Shown here: piece by piece, positions 45,126-55,592 of the stretch
Numbering within the stretch: position 1 is the stretch's first letter
Layout of the letters: each line of letters begins with the position of its first letter
NCBI GenBank assembly: GCA_964403125.1
Contig: CAYOEO010000002.1
Location: 632 to 64,631, forward strand
DNA length: 64,000 nucleotides
Source of the DNA: an uncultured Pseudomonadales bacterium
GTDB lineage: Bacteria; Pseudomonadota; Gammaproteobacteria; Pseudomonadales; UBA7239
Direction: 5' to 3'
The notes under the pieces: model-generated
The model's database searches: none
What the model saw: only the letters and a program-made list of their open reading frames with translations
Told to the model about the DNA's origin: nothing
Program-made: the position numbers and the translations under genes

Positions 45126-46991
45126 GTGGATGCCCATGAAAACAAACCGCCGGTTGCGCTCAAAGAGTTAATCGAGTTTGCTCAGGGGTTCATGCCGCCT
45201 GACGAGGCAACAATCAAGTTTCGACAAGCATATGCTGATCAAGGAAAAGAATTTAGCAGTGAGCTAGCTGTTTCTGTATTTGATATTGATGTCGCTGAAG
45301 AAATTATTTGCCATTCAGTAGGCAATACCGAATCCGTTGCCATTGGCAATATGGTGCGTGCTTTTGTCGGTCGCGGCGCTGTACAAATTGCAGATGTGTT
45401 GAGCATCATCAGTGGCGCGCGTTTCTTTTTTGAATTCATGCAGGAGTTGGTTCAATCTTCGATTGAACATATTTCGCAAGGTATCAGTGTTGTCGATCAG
45501 CAGATGCGCATGGTGGCGTGGAATAAACGCTATTTGGAATTTTTTGAATATCCTGATGAATATGTAAGAACCGGCAGACCTGTTGCTGATTTGATTCGAT
45601 TTAATCTCGAAAAAATTGGCTGTCAGACAGAAGAGTTGGAGGCGGAGGTTGAAAAACGTATTCGCTATCTGAAAGAAGGTAATCCGCATAATTTCGAGCG
45701 CTATCGCCCTGAAGGTCGCGTACTGGAAGTCAGTGGCAATCCCATGCCGGGCGGTGGCTTTGTCACAAGCTACACGGATATTACGGCACACAAAGAATTA
45801 GAACGTCAATTGCGTGCAGCCAATGAAACATTGGAGTTGCGTGTACAACAACGTACACAAGAATTAGAGTTGGCAAAGTCTGAAGCGGAACAGGCAAACT
45901 TATCTAAAACACGATTTCTGGCAGCGGCAAGTCACGATTTGATGCAGCCGCTCAATGCAGCATCGCTGTTTGCCTCTGCGTTGGCGCAAAAAACACAGGA
46001 TAGCGAACAGCAAACGCTTTCTGAAAATATTGTGCTGTCGCTGCAAGCGGCTGATGCGCTCATCAACAGCATGTTAGAAGCATCGCGTTTAGATGCCGGC
46101 GTCGTAGAGCCTAAACGTGAAGTGTTTTATTTACAGGATTTATTTGATCGTTTAGGGCGAGAATTTACTGCGCTAGCCGATGCGCGTGGGCTAAAGTTTC
46201 GCATGGTGCAAACGCGGCAGGCAGTGTGGAGTGATCCGCATTTATTGCGCCGCATTTTGCAGAATTTTTTATCTAATGCCGTGCGTTATACAGGGTCGGG
46301 GCGTGTTGTATTGGGCTGTCGTCGGCTGGGAAATATTTTACGCATTGAAGTGTGGGATACCGGCCCTGGTATTCCATCGGATAAATGCAGTGAAATTTTT
46401 TTGGAGTTCCGCCGCTTAAAAACACCGGAACATGACAAAGGCGAACGAGGTTTGGGCTTGGGTTTGGCAATTGCTGATCGTATTTCACGCCTGCTGGATC
46501 ATCCCATTAGTTTGCGTTCGTGGCCGCAGCGCGGCTCCGTTTTTGCTGTTGATGTGCCTGTGGCGCGGTCGCAGCCGGTTGTGCCTGTGATGGCGCAGAC
46601 GACACTGGTGCATTCTGGTGGCAGTCTCGCACTCACGGTGTTGTGTATTGATAACGAACGCAGCGTTTTGGCGGGTATGAGAGCTCTGTTAGAAGGATGG
46701 GGGTGCACGGTGGCAACCGCGCACGACCACGCTTCCGCTATACAGGCTTTGCATCAATTTCCGCTGGATTTAGTGATTGCGGATTACCAACTGGATGATG
46801 GCGTGACCGGCTTGGGCGTGGCGGGTGATTTAGTTAGCGCAGCAGAGCGCGAATTGCCTGTTTTAGTGATTACTGCCAATAACACCGAAGATATTCGGCG
46901 CTTGGTGGAAGATCACGGCTACGCGTTTATGGCAAAGCCAGTGAAGCCAGCGAAGCTGCGTGCGTTGTTGTCGTCGCTGCAAAACCGATAG
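45126..46991 (+). CDS. Hybrid sensor histidine kinase (STAC-like, PAS, HisKA, HATPase, receiver), CrbS/MxtR-like without membrane domain
   Basis: QGISVVD..VAWNKRY PAS, SHDLMQPLNA H-box, NFLSNA, DTGPGI, GLGL, DYQLD receiver; no TM segment. Confidence 0.9.
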   Translation: MDAHENKPPVALKELIEFAQGFMPPDEATIKFRQAYADQGKEFSSELAVSVFDIDVAEEIICHSVGNTESVAIGNMVRAFVGRGAVQIADVLSIISGARFFFEFMQELVQSSIEHISQGISVVDQQMRMVAWNKRYLEFFEYPDEYVRTGRPVADLIRFNLEKIGCQTEELEAEVEKRIRYLKEGNPHNFERYRPEGRVLEVSGNPMPGGGFVTSYTDITAHKELERQLRAANETLELRVQQRTQELELAKSEAEQANLSKTRFLAAASHDLMQPLNAASLFASALAQKTQDSEQQTLSENIVLSLQAADALINSMLEASRLDAGVVEPKREVFYLQDLFDRLGREFTALADARGLKFRMVQTRQAVWSDPHLLRRILQNFLSNAVRYTGSGRVVLGCRRLGNILRIEVWDTGPGIPSDKCSEIFLEFRRLKTPEHDKGERGLGLGLAIADRISRLLDHPISLRSWPQRGSVFAVDVPVARSQPVVPVMAQTTLVHSGGSLALTVLCIDNERSVLAGMRALLEGWGCTVATAHDHASAIQALHQFPLDLVIADYQLDDGVTGLGVAGDLVSAAERELPVLVITANNTEDIRRLVEDHGYAFMAKPVKPAKLRALLSSLQNR

Positions 46992-47001
46992 TTGTGATTG
47001 T

Positions 47002-47640
47002 TTAGCTCGGTTCTTCGATGTTGAGGTAGCCGGCAGCCAGCACGGCTTGTGTGCGGTTCCTGACGCCTAGTTTGCGAAAGATGGCCGTCATGTGTGTGCG
47101 GACAGTGGCTTCCGAAACATTCACTTCGCCAGCAATTTGTTTGTTCAGCAATCCTTTCGTTAGCATCATAAATACGCGCAGTTGCTGCGGTGTCAGTGTC
47201 TTGAGGCGTTGCGCAAATTCGCGTTCGGCGTTATCAGCCCTCTGTGGCAAATGAGTCGGTAGCCATAGCGATCCATCCAAAATACTTTGTAGCGCTGTGG
47301 CTATTTGGCTCAAGTCAGACGCTTTAGGGATAAAACCAGAAATACCGTATTCGATGGCGCGCTGTACGATGCTGTAATCGTCACTGGCAGAAATGACCAC
47401 CACAGGAATATCAGGGTATTGCCCGCGGATGAGTACTAAGCCGGAAAAGCCATTCGCTCCTGGCATGCGCAAGTCCAGCAAAATCAGATCCACCTCGCTT
47501 TGCTGTGCAAGCAGGCTTTCTAGGGAGTCAATGCTGTCGCATTCCAAAATGTTGGCATCTTTCACTACCTGTTTGACAGCTTGGCAGAGCGCGTTGCGAA
47601 AAAGAGGGTGATCATCGGCAATAACAATATTGGTGCTCAT
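47002..47640 (-). CDS. LuxR/NarL family response regulator (CrbR/ErdR-like)
   Basis: IADDHPLFR, LLDLRMPG, GFIPK, LTPQQ...NKQIA...TVRTHMTAIFRKLGVRNRTQA. Confidence 0.92.
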   Translation of the reverse strand: MSTNIVIADDHPLFRNALCQAVKQVVKDANILECDSIDSLESLLAQQSEVDLILLDLRMPGANGFSGLVLIRGQYPDIPVVVISASDDYSIVQRAIEYGISGFIPKASDLSQIATALQSILDGSLWLPTHLPQRADNAEREFAQRLKTLTPQQLRVFMMLTKGLLNKQIAGEVNVSEATVRTHMTAIFRKLGVRNRTQAVLAAGYLNIEEPS

Positions 47641-47958
47641 GGCGCTTACGGCTGCTTTTCGGAAAGGTGGCTATCATAAACAAAAAAAGCCGCTGGAAGC
47701 CTGAATGACAGATTGTTCCCAGTGAACTATCGATAAAAAACCGTTTTTTTGTAACCATGGGTAACATTTCTATCTCTGATGGATGCTATTTCACACTTCA
47801 GCCGAGCATTGTGTGCTGAGTGGCTAAAAAATAAGGAAATTTTACTTTGCACTTTACGGTTTTTTCTGGCTTAATCCTGCACCGTGAGTCTTTCTGTATG
47901 CCGTAAAACTGATGCGGTCTACATGGGAATAACAAATAACACCAACACGGGCGGAGCA

Positions 47959-49758
47959 ATGATGAAAATAAGAAGTCGATTGGGCTGGGCGATTAAAGCA
48001 ATCGCAATCGCAGGATTACTGCCTCTTTCACTGCAAGTGCATGCGCTGGAGTTTGAAGTGTCTGATGACTTAAAAGTCGATGTAGACACTACCATTACCT
48101 ATGGTCGCCAGTGGCGCGTTGAGGGGCGCGATAAAAATTTGATGTCGGGGCATCTTGGTGAGGGTGCGCGTACAGACGCGTTCTCATCAGCTTTTAAAGA
48201 TTATGTACAACGCGTTAACTCTGATGATGGCACGCGTAACTATGATAAATGGGATACTGTTTCAAATCGTGTTGGCATCCTTTCCGATATTAATATCTCA
48301 TACCAGAATTTGGGTCTCTTTTTGCGCCCTCAGATTTTTTATGACTCAGTACCGTTTGGAAGACCGCATTGGTCGGATAAATACCTTGCTGGCTTGAACA
48401 CACCTGCCACAGGCAGCAATAACCAGCTTAATGCTGACCTGAATAATGAGGGTGGTATTAACTCTGTAAATCATTGGGATGACGAATATAAGCACACTAT
48501 GGGCTATAAAGCTCGTTTCTTAGATGCCTATGCTTATGGTTCCTTTGATATTGGTGGTCATAACTTGGATGTTCGCGTGGGCCGCCAAGTCATTACTTGG
48601 GGTGAAGCTTTGATGTTACAAGGCGGTATTGCTTTTGCACAAAACCGCATTGATTCTTCCGCATCAACTGTTCCCGGTGTTGAGTTGAAAGAAGTGTTCT
48701 TGCCGACTGGCGCGGTTTACGGCTCTTTTGCTGCAACGGACAGTACGACGATTGAAGCCTATTGGCAGTATGAGTGGATTAAGTCCACGCTATTTCCAAC
48801 GGGGTCTTTCTTTGAGATGCAAGATTTTATTGATGGAGACAGATTTATTACAGTGCCTTCATTTAGCGGTACTGCTGGTATTGGGATGAGTCGCGTCGAA
48901 CACAATCCCAACAATAATAAGCAGTTTGGTTTTGCTGTAAGGCAAACAGTTGGAGAGGGCACGGAGCTCGGTGCATTTATAGTTAACTACACTGACAAGT
49001 ATCCAATGTTTTGGGCTGCTAATAATTATGGTGAAACTCTGCCTACTAGTGCTCCTGGATATGATCGTGATACTTACAGTATTAACTATTTTGATAATAT
49101 TCGCCTGTATGGTCTTTCGCTGAACACTGTTATTGGTGGGGTTCAAGTGGGGGCAGAGTATGCTTATCGAGCCAACGCGCCGCTGGTTCCTGTGTGTGGT
49201 GCTAAAGATATAGCGCGCGCTCACTGTAAAGATGCGAGCTATTACGCATTTAACGGATTGACTTGGCCTACTAATTCGACAGATGCACAAATCTTAGCCA
49301 ATACAGGTGCGTTTAGTTGGCCACGCAGGGCTGAAATTCATACAGCCAACTTAGGTGGGACTTATATTTTCCAACCTAATGCATTCTGGGATACGGCAAC
49401 ATTGGTGGGTGAATTGGGCACTTGGTATGTCGGTGGTTTCGAGGATGATGATTTGCAGTTTGCTCACTTGGGCGCGTTTACAAAAACCGGCTATGGTATG
49501 AGTGCGCAATTTATGCCGGAGTACAAAAACGTATTCGAAGGCGTAGATCTGACGATTCCGTTCTTCGTGAACTACGGCATCGACGGCAGCTTCTCAACAT
49601 TCAACTACAACGAACACAACTTGTGGTGGAGCGTGGGCGCAGAGTTTACCTACTTGGAGCATTGGAAATTCTCTGGCTATTACAGTGATTTCAGTGGTCC
49701 AAACAACTTGTGGGTAGACCGCGACAACGTTTCTTTGAACGTGAAATACACTTTCTAA
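47959..49758 (+). CDS. DUF1302 family outer-membrane protein
   Basis: ATG after GGAG; signal peptide; DDGTRNY, LDAYAYG, RVGRQVITWGE, ELKEVFLP, DRDNVSLNVKYTF with terminal Phe. Confidence 0.85.
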   Translation: MMKIRSRLGWAIKAIAIAGLLPLSLQVHALEFEVSDDLKVDVDTTITYGRQWRVEGRDKNLMSGHLGEGARTDAFSSAFKDYVQRVNSDDGTRNYDKWDTVSNRVGILSDINISYQNLGLFLRPQIFYDSVPFGRPHWSDKYLAGLNTPATGSNNQLNADLNNEGGINSVNHWDDEYKHTMGYKARFLDAYAYGSFDIGGHNLDVRVGRQVITWGEALMLQGGIAFAQNRIDSSASTVPGVELKEVFLPTGAVYGSFAATDSTTIEAYWQYEWIKSTLFPTGSFFEMQDFIDGDRFITVPSFSGTAGIGMSRVEHNPNNNKQFGFAVRQTVGEGTELGAFIVNYTDKYPMFWAANNYGETLPTSAPGYDRDTYSINYFDNIRLYGLSLNTVIGGVQVGAEYAYRANAPLVPVCGAKDIARAHCKDASYYAFNGLTWPTNSTDAQILANTGAFSWPRRAEIHTANLGGTYIFQPNAFWDTATLVGELGTWYVGGFEDDDLQFAHLGAFTKTGYGMSAQFMPEYKNVFEGVDLTIPFFVNYGIDGSFSTFNYNEHNLWWSVGAEFTYLEHWKFSGYYSDFSGPNNLWVDRDNVSLNVKYTF

Positions 49759-49779
49759 GCTTGAAGGTGTATTGCTAAT

Positions 49780-49808
49780 AAAAAAAGGAGACTTCGGTCT
49801 CCTTTTTT
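49780..49808. terminator. Bidirectional terminator between DUF1302 gene and guaA
   Basis: AAAAAAAGGAGAC-ttcg-GTCTCCTTTTTT. Confidence 0.9.
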
Positions 49809-49912
49809 GTAGTTGGGTTTTTATCAAACTGACTGCTTTTTTGAATGTGATAAGTGTGTAACTTGTCTACTTTCTGGGCAAAAGTACATTGATAAGTTTT
49901 TTGAAGGAGTAT

Positions 49913-51484
49913 CTATTCCCACTCGATGGTGGCAGGGGGCTTAGAGGAGACATCATAGACAACGCGAGAAATGCCGCTGATTTCGTTGATGATTCGGCTC
50001 GACACCTTTTCCAGCAAGTCATAAGGCAGGTGCGCCCAACGTGCCGTCATGAAGTCGATGGTTTCAACAGCGCGCAGAGCAACAACGTATTCATAGCGTC
50101 TTCCGTCACCGACTACGCCGACAGATTTTACGGGCAAAAAAACTGCAAACGCTTGGCTGACTTTGTGATACCAATTTGCACTGTGCAATTCCTCGATAAA
50201 AATTGCATCAGCCTCACGCAAAATATCGGCGTAAGATTTTTTGACTTCTCCCAGTATGCGTACGCCGAGACCAGGGCCTGGAAATGGATGGCGGTACACC
50301 ATGTCGTAGGGCAACCCCAATTCCAATCCAATTTTGCGCACTTCATCTTTGAACAATTCGCGCAGTGGTTCGATGAGGGAGAATGCCATGTCTTCAGGCA
50401 GACCGCCAACATTGTGATGCGATTTAATTACGTGCGCTTTGCCGTGCTTGCTGGCGGCGGATTCAATGACATCGGGATAAATAGTGCCCTGTGCCAGCCA
50501 TTTCACGCCGTCGAGCTTTGCTGCTTCTGAATCAAAAATTTCAATAAATGTGCTGCCAATAATTTTTCGTTTTTGCTCAGGGTCTGCAACGCCAGTTAAT
50601 TTGTTGAGAAAAATATCTTCGGCATTGGCACGAATTACTTTGATGCCCATGTGCTGGGCAAACATCGCCATGACTTGGTCGCCCTCGTTTTTACGCAATA
50701 AACCGTTGTCGACAAACACACAGGTTAATTGATCGCCAATAGCGCGGTGCAATAGAGCGGCAACAACAGAAGAATCCACGCCGCCAGATAAGCCCAGTAG
50801 CACTTTGTCCTTGCCCACTTTTTTGCGCACGGTTTCTATTGCGTCATCGACGATATTGCTGGCATTCCACAGAGGTTCGCATTGACAAATCTCCAATGCA
50901 AATTTAGAAAAAATTTGCTGCCCCTGTTTGGTGTGTGTCACCTCTGGGTGAAACTGTAGCGCGTAAAAACGTTTCTCATCGGAGTAGATGCCGGCAATGG
51001 GGCAACTGGGTGTTGATGCCATTAACTGAAAGCCGGCGGGCATAGTGACTACCTTGTCGCCGTGACTCATCCACACATCCAGCAAACGCTGGTTGTCTTT
51101 TTCAATATCAGCAATCCCTTGTAGCAGTGCAGCATTGCCATGCACTGCCACTTGCGCGTAGCCAAATTCATGCACGGGAGAGTTTTCTACTTTGCCGCCC
51201 AGTTGTTCGGCCATGGTCTGCATGCCGTAGCAAATACCCAGTACCGGAATGCCTAGATCAAAAATAATAGCAGCGGCGCGTGGACCTTGATTGGCGGTAA
51301 CGGACTCCGGTCCGCCCGATAAAATAATGCCGCGCGGCGCAAAGTTTTTGATTGCTTCCGGCGGGCAATCCCAAGCGTAGATTTCGCAATAGACTCCAGC
51401 TTCCCGAATGCGGCGGGCGATGAGTTGTGTGTACTGCGAACCAAAATCCACAATCAAAATTTTGTGGGCGTGAATATTTTGCAT
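49913..51484 (-). CDS. guaA: GMP synthase (glutamine-hydrolysing)
   Basis: [41 protein letters not shown]. Confidence 0.99.
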   Translation of the reverse strand: MQNIHAHKILIVDFGSQYTQLIARRIREAGVYCEIYAWDCPPEAIKNFAPRGIILSGGPESVTANQGPRAAAIIFDLGIPVLGICYGMQTMAEQLGGKVENSPVHEFGYAQVAVHGNAALLQGIADIEKDNQRLLDVWMSHGDKVVTMPAGFQLMASTPSCPIAGIYSDEKRFYALQFHPEVTHTKQGQQIFSKFALEICQCEPLWNASNIVDDAIETVRKKVGKDKVLLGLSGGVDSSVVAALLHRAIGDQLTCVFVDNGLLRKNEGDQVMAMFAQHMGIKVIRANAEDIFLNKLTGVADPEQKRKIIGSTFIEIFDSEAAKLDGVKWLAQGTIYPDVIESAASKHGKAHVIKSHHNVGGLPEDMAFSLIEPLRELFKDEVRKIGLELGLPYDMVYRHPFPGPGLGVRILGEVKKSYADILREADAIFIEELHSANWYHKVSQAFAVFLPVKSVGVVGDGRRYEYVVALRAVETIDFMTARWAHLPYDLLEKVSSRIINEISGISRVVYDVSSKPPATIEWE

Positions 51485-51499
51485 GGGCGAAAAATCTAT

Positions 51500-53005
<1,506 letters not shown>

Positions 53006-53067
53006 TTATAAAGCTGCCCCTCTGGTGGGTAAACCGAGAGGTCGCATGATGGGTAAGGCAAGAAAAA

Positions 53068-53250
53068 TTAGCGGCAACTGACTTTGCACTGCTTTAACTT
53101 ATCTTCGCAGGCGCTCTTGGCGGTAGTTGATTCAGCGACATTTTTGCAGGCGCGATAGTTGGATTCGCAAGTCTCGGTGCATTCGTCTGCCAGTACAGCC
53201 GATGTAAACAGAGTAACAAGCGCAATAGCAATCAATTGGCGAATTTGCAT
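53068..53250 (-). CDS. Small secreted six-cysteine protein (60 aa)
   Basis: GAGG RBS; signal peptide ending AVLA; mature 39 aa with C-x3-C-x6-C-x12-C-x6-C-x3-C. Confidence 0.75.
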   Translation of the reverse strand: MQIRQLIAIALVTLFTSAVLADECTETCESNYRACKNVAESTTAKSACEDKLKQCKVSCR

Positions 53251-53283
53251 GGTAGAGACCTCTTGTTGTTGTGTGATGCAAAT

Positions 53284-54117
53284 TTATTGTATAGGGATCG
53301 CGTTGCTCTGCGCGCGATCTTGTTTCAATTTATTGAGATCGCTGTTCACGCTGCGGCGGAAGCTATCAATGCTACGCAGTGTTTCTTCTTGGTCGGCAAT
53401 GCGTTTGTTCAAGCTATCCAGTTTTTTCTGTATTTGGTCATTTTGTTCAAGTGCCATAGTGGCTTGTCGCCCAGCATCACGCGCTGTGGGGTCGCCCTGT
53501 ACAACGCGTTGTTGTAATGCAGTCATGGCGTTGCTCAGCTCGGCAAGAGAGGCGGCTGTGCGCTCAGCCGTTTGTTTGCCATCGTTGGCTGTTTTGATGG
53601 TTTCACTATTTTGTTTATCTGTTTGTGCTAAGGATTTTTTTAGCTCGGCTACATTTGCCTGCAAGGTAGCAAGAGTTTTGTCTTGAGCGTCCAACGTTTT
53701 TTTGGTTTTGTCATTGAGTGTCGCCGTCAACTTAGTGATGTCGGCGTTGACTGCATCCAAACGCGTATCTAATTTTTTGATTTTGTCATCCATGGTGTCG
53801 CCTGATTTTTTGCTATCGGTGATGGTGATGCCAAGCTGTGATTCCAAGGCTTCAAGGCGTGCCTGCAATTTATTGTTGGCATCCATTTGCTGTGTGATGC
53901 GGTAATGCAAAAAACTACTGATGAGTAGCATTGCGCCCAGCAGCAGCAATAAAAAAAGATGCGTGATGCGGTTGTTGATGCCATGGGCAGTCGCTACTTT
54001 TTTGTCACTGCTGCGCGGAATCGCTGTGGGCTTAGCGGGCGGGATACGCGCCAAACGATCCTCTGTGTCGGGGATGATGGCGTTGCTGTCAAAAATATCG
54101 TCTTCGCGTCTTGGCAT
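53284..54117 (-). CDS. Bitopic membrane protein with long coiled coil
   Basis: One TM (LFLLLLLGAMLLISSFL) then ~200 aa of heptad-like sequence. Confidence 0.8.
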   Translation of the reverse strand: MPRREDDIFDSNAIIPDTEDRLARIPPAKPTAIPRSSDKKVATAHGINNRITHLFLLLLLGAMLLISSFLHYRITQQMDANNKLQARLEALESQLGITITDSKKSGDTMDDKIKKLDTRLDAVNADITKLTATLNDKTKKTLDAQDKTLATLQANVAELKKSLAQTDKQNSETIKTANDGKQTAERTAASLAELSNAMTALQQRVVQGDPTARDAGRQATMALEQNDQIQKKLDSLNKRIADQEETLRSIDSFRRSVNSDLNKLKQDRAQSNAIPIQ

Positions 54118-54213
54118 ACAAAATCAGGATCGTTGAGGGAGAAGGGTGTTAGCGCATTGGCTTTGTATAGCACAAGACTGCTGATGTGCGCAGAGGTTCC
54201 CGATTGTAAGCGT

Positions 54214-55353
54214 CTAGCGCACGCGATCAACCCATGCGCCGAGCGGTGTTGTTATTTTTTGCAGCAGCCAGCCTAGCCCGATAAATACGGCTATGTAGAT
54301 GATGGTGGCTGCCCACGCCGGTAAATGATGAAAAAAAATATCGTAGCGATACATGAGTGGCCAGTGCAGCAAATAGGTTTCGTAGGAGTAAACACCTTGC
54401 AGGTGGAGGAAACGATTGTCTAAGTGCTTGAGTGAGAAGCAAAGACTGATGGCAAGCATCGCCAGTAAACTGGTTGCTTGCCCGATAGAAAATTTCGCAT
54501 CCAAACTCATTGCAGTCAGTGCATTGGCAAGCGTAGGCCATTGATCCGAAGAATTGTGGCTCGCCATAAAACCAGCAAATAACAGTGAAGCAATGACAAG
54601 GCATATGCGAAGTTGGCTGGAAGATTGATTGCGAAAACTTGCTAACTGCAGTGTTTTTTGTGGATGGTTATTCATCCACCACGCAAGCAACATTCCTAAG
54701 GAAAAAGCATTCGTATGCAAGCGATGCAGCCAATTCACGGGCAAATGCAGCGGGTCTAGCAGTGCAAAGGCATTGGCAATCAGTGATAAAAGAATGGCGG
54801 TGAGCCATGGATGTTTGCGCATAAATAAGAGTGGAAATAAGGCATAGAACATCAGCATCCAACTGATATACCAAAACGGTGAATTCACATCTTTGTAGGC
54901 ATTAGCGACGGGAAACCAACCCAGAAATGAACGCAACACGTAGCTGGGTGAATAGTGAATGCCAAGAAAAAAGTGATCACTAAAAAATAAAATTGCTAGC
55001 ACTATCCAAAAAGGAATAAAGACTTTAATCAGTCGACGGTGATAAAAAGTGGCGGCAGGCAGTGGTTTTTTTAACATCCCTACAGTCAAGCCGTAGCCTG
55101 ACATAAAAAGAAATAAATCAACCCCGACACCGGCCGCTAAAGAAAGTGGGTAGAGAAAGGCGCTGTCTGAAACCAGCATGTAGCTGATATGGGCAAAGAC
55201 TATCGTCAGTATGCCGAGGCCTTTTAACTCTTGTGTTACTGCAACGGGAAACAGTTCGCTGTGTTGTGTTTTGCGAAAGCTGAGACAGATCGCCGCAATG
55301 AGTGCGACGGCAACAACGGCAGTGGAGAAAAAAGTGTCTGTGACAGTAATCAA
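54214..55353 (-). CDS. Acyltransferase-3 (OafA-like) membrane O-acyltransferase
   Basis: LKGLGILTIVFAH, GVDLFLFMSGYGL, RRLIKV, WYIS, SYETYLLHWP. Confidence 0.88.
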   Translation of the reverse strand: MITVTDTFFSTAVVAVALIAAICLSFRKTQHSELFPVAVTQELKGLGILTIVFAHISYMLVSDSAFLYPLSLAAGVGVDLFLFMSGYGLTVGMLKKPLPAATFYHRRLIKVFIPFWIVLAILFFSDHFFLGIHYSPSYVLRSFLGWFPVANAYKDVNSPFWYISWMLMFYALFPLLFMRKHPWLTAILLSLIANAFALLDPLHLPVNWLHRLHTNAFSLGMLLAWWMNNHPQKTLQLASFRNQSSSQLRICLVIASLLFAGFMASHNSSDQWPTLANALTAMSLDAKFSIGQATSLLAMLAISLCFSLKHLDNRFLHLQGVYSYETYLLHWPLMYRYDIFFHHLPAWAATIIYIAVFIGLGWLLQKITTPLGAWVDRVR

Positions 55354-55409
55354 GGCGGATCACTCCGGTGTGCTACGCAGCAATCTTACCTTGATTATTG
55401 GTGCAAACG

Positions 55410-55535
55410 TTACAGAACGAGGCCGATGCCGATGGCTACGCCTGTCATCACAACGGCAATCATGACCATCACCATGATCACTTTAGTGGCGGCAGATTTG
55501 TCGTCGGCTTGCCAATAGGAATTTGCGTTTTCCAT
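55410..55535 (-). CDS. Small single-pass membrane protein (41 aa), absent from the ORF track
   Basis: GGAGAG RBS, ATG..TAA, MENANSYWQADDKSAATKVIMVMVMIAVVMTGVAIGIGLVL; occupies an otherwise empty gap on the strand of its neighbours. Confidence 0.65.
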   Translation of the reverse strand: MENANSYWQADDKSAATKVIMVMVMIAVVMTGVAIGIGLVL

Positions 55536-55592
55536 GATTCTCTCCCAGCGAGTAAAAAGACGGGGAAAGGGTACGCCGCGATGCGCTATGCG

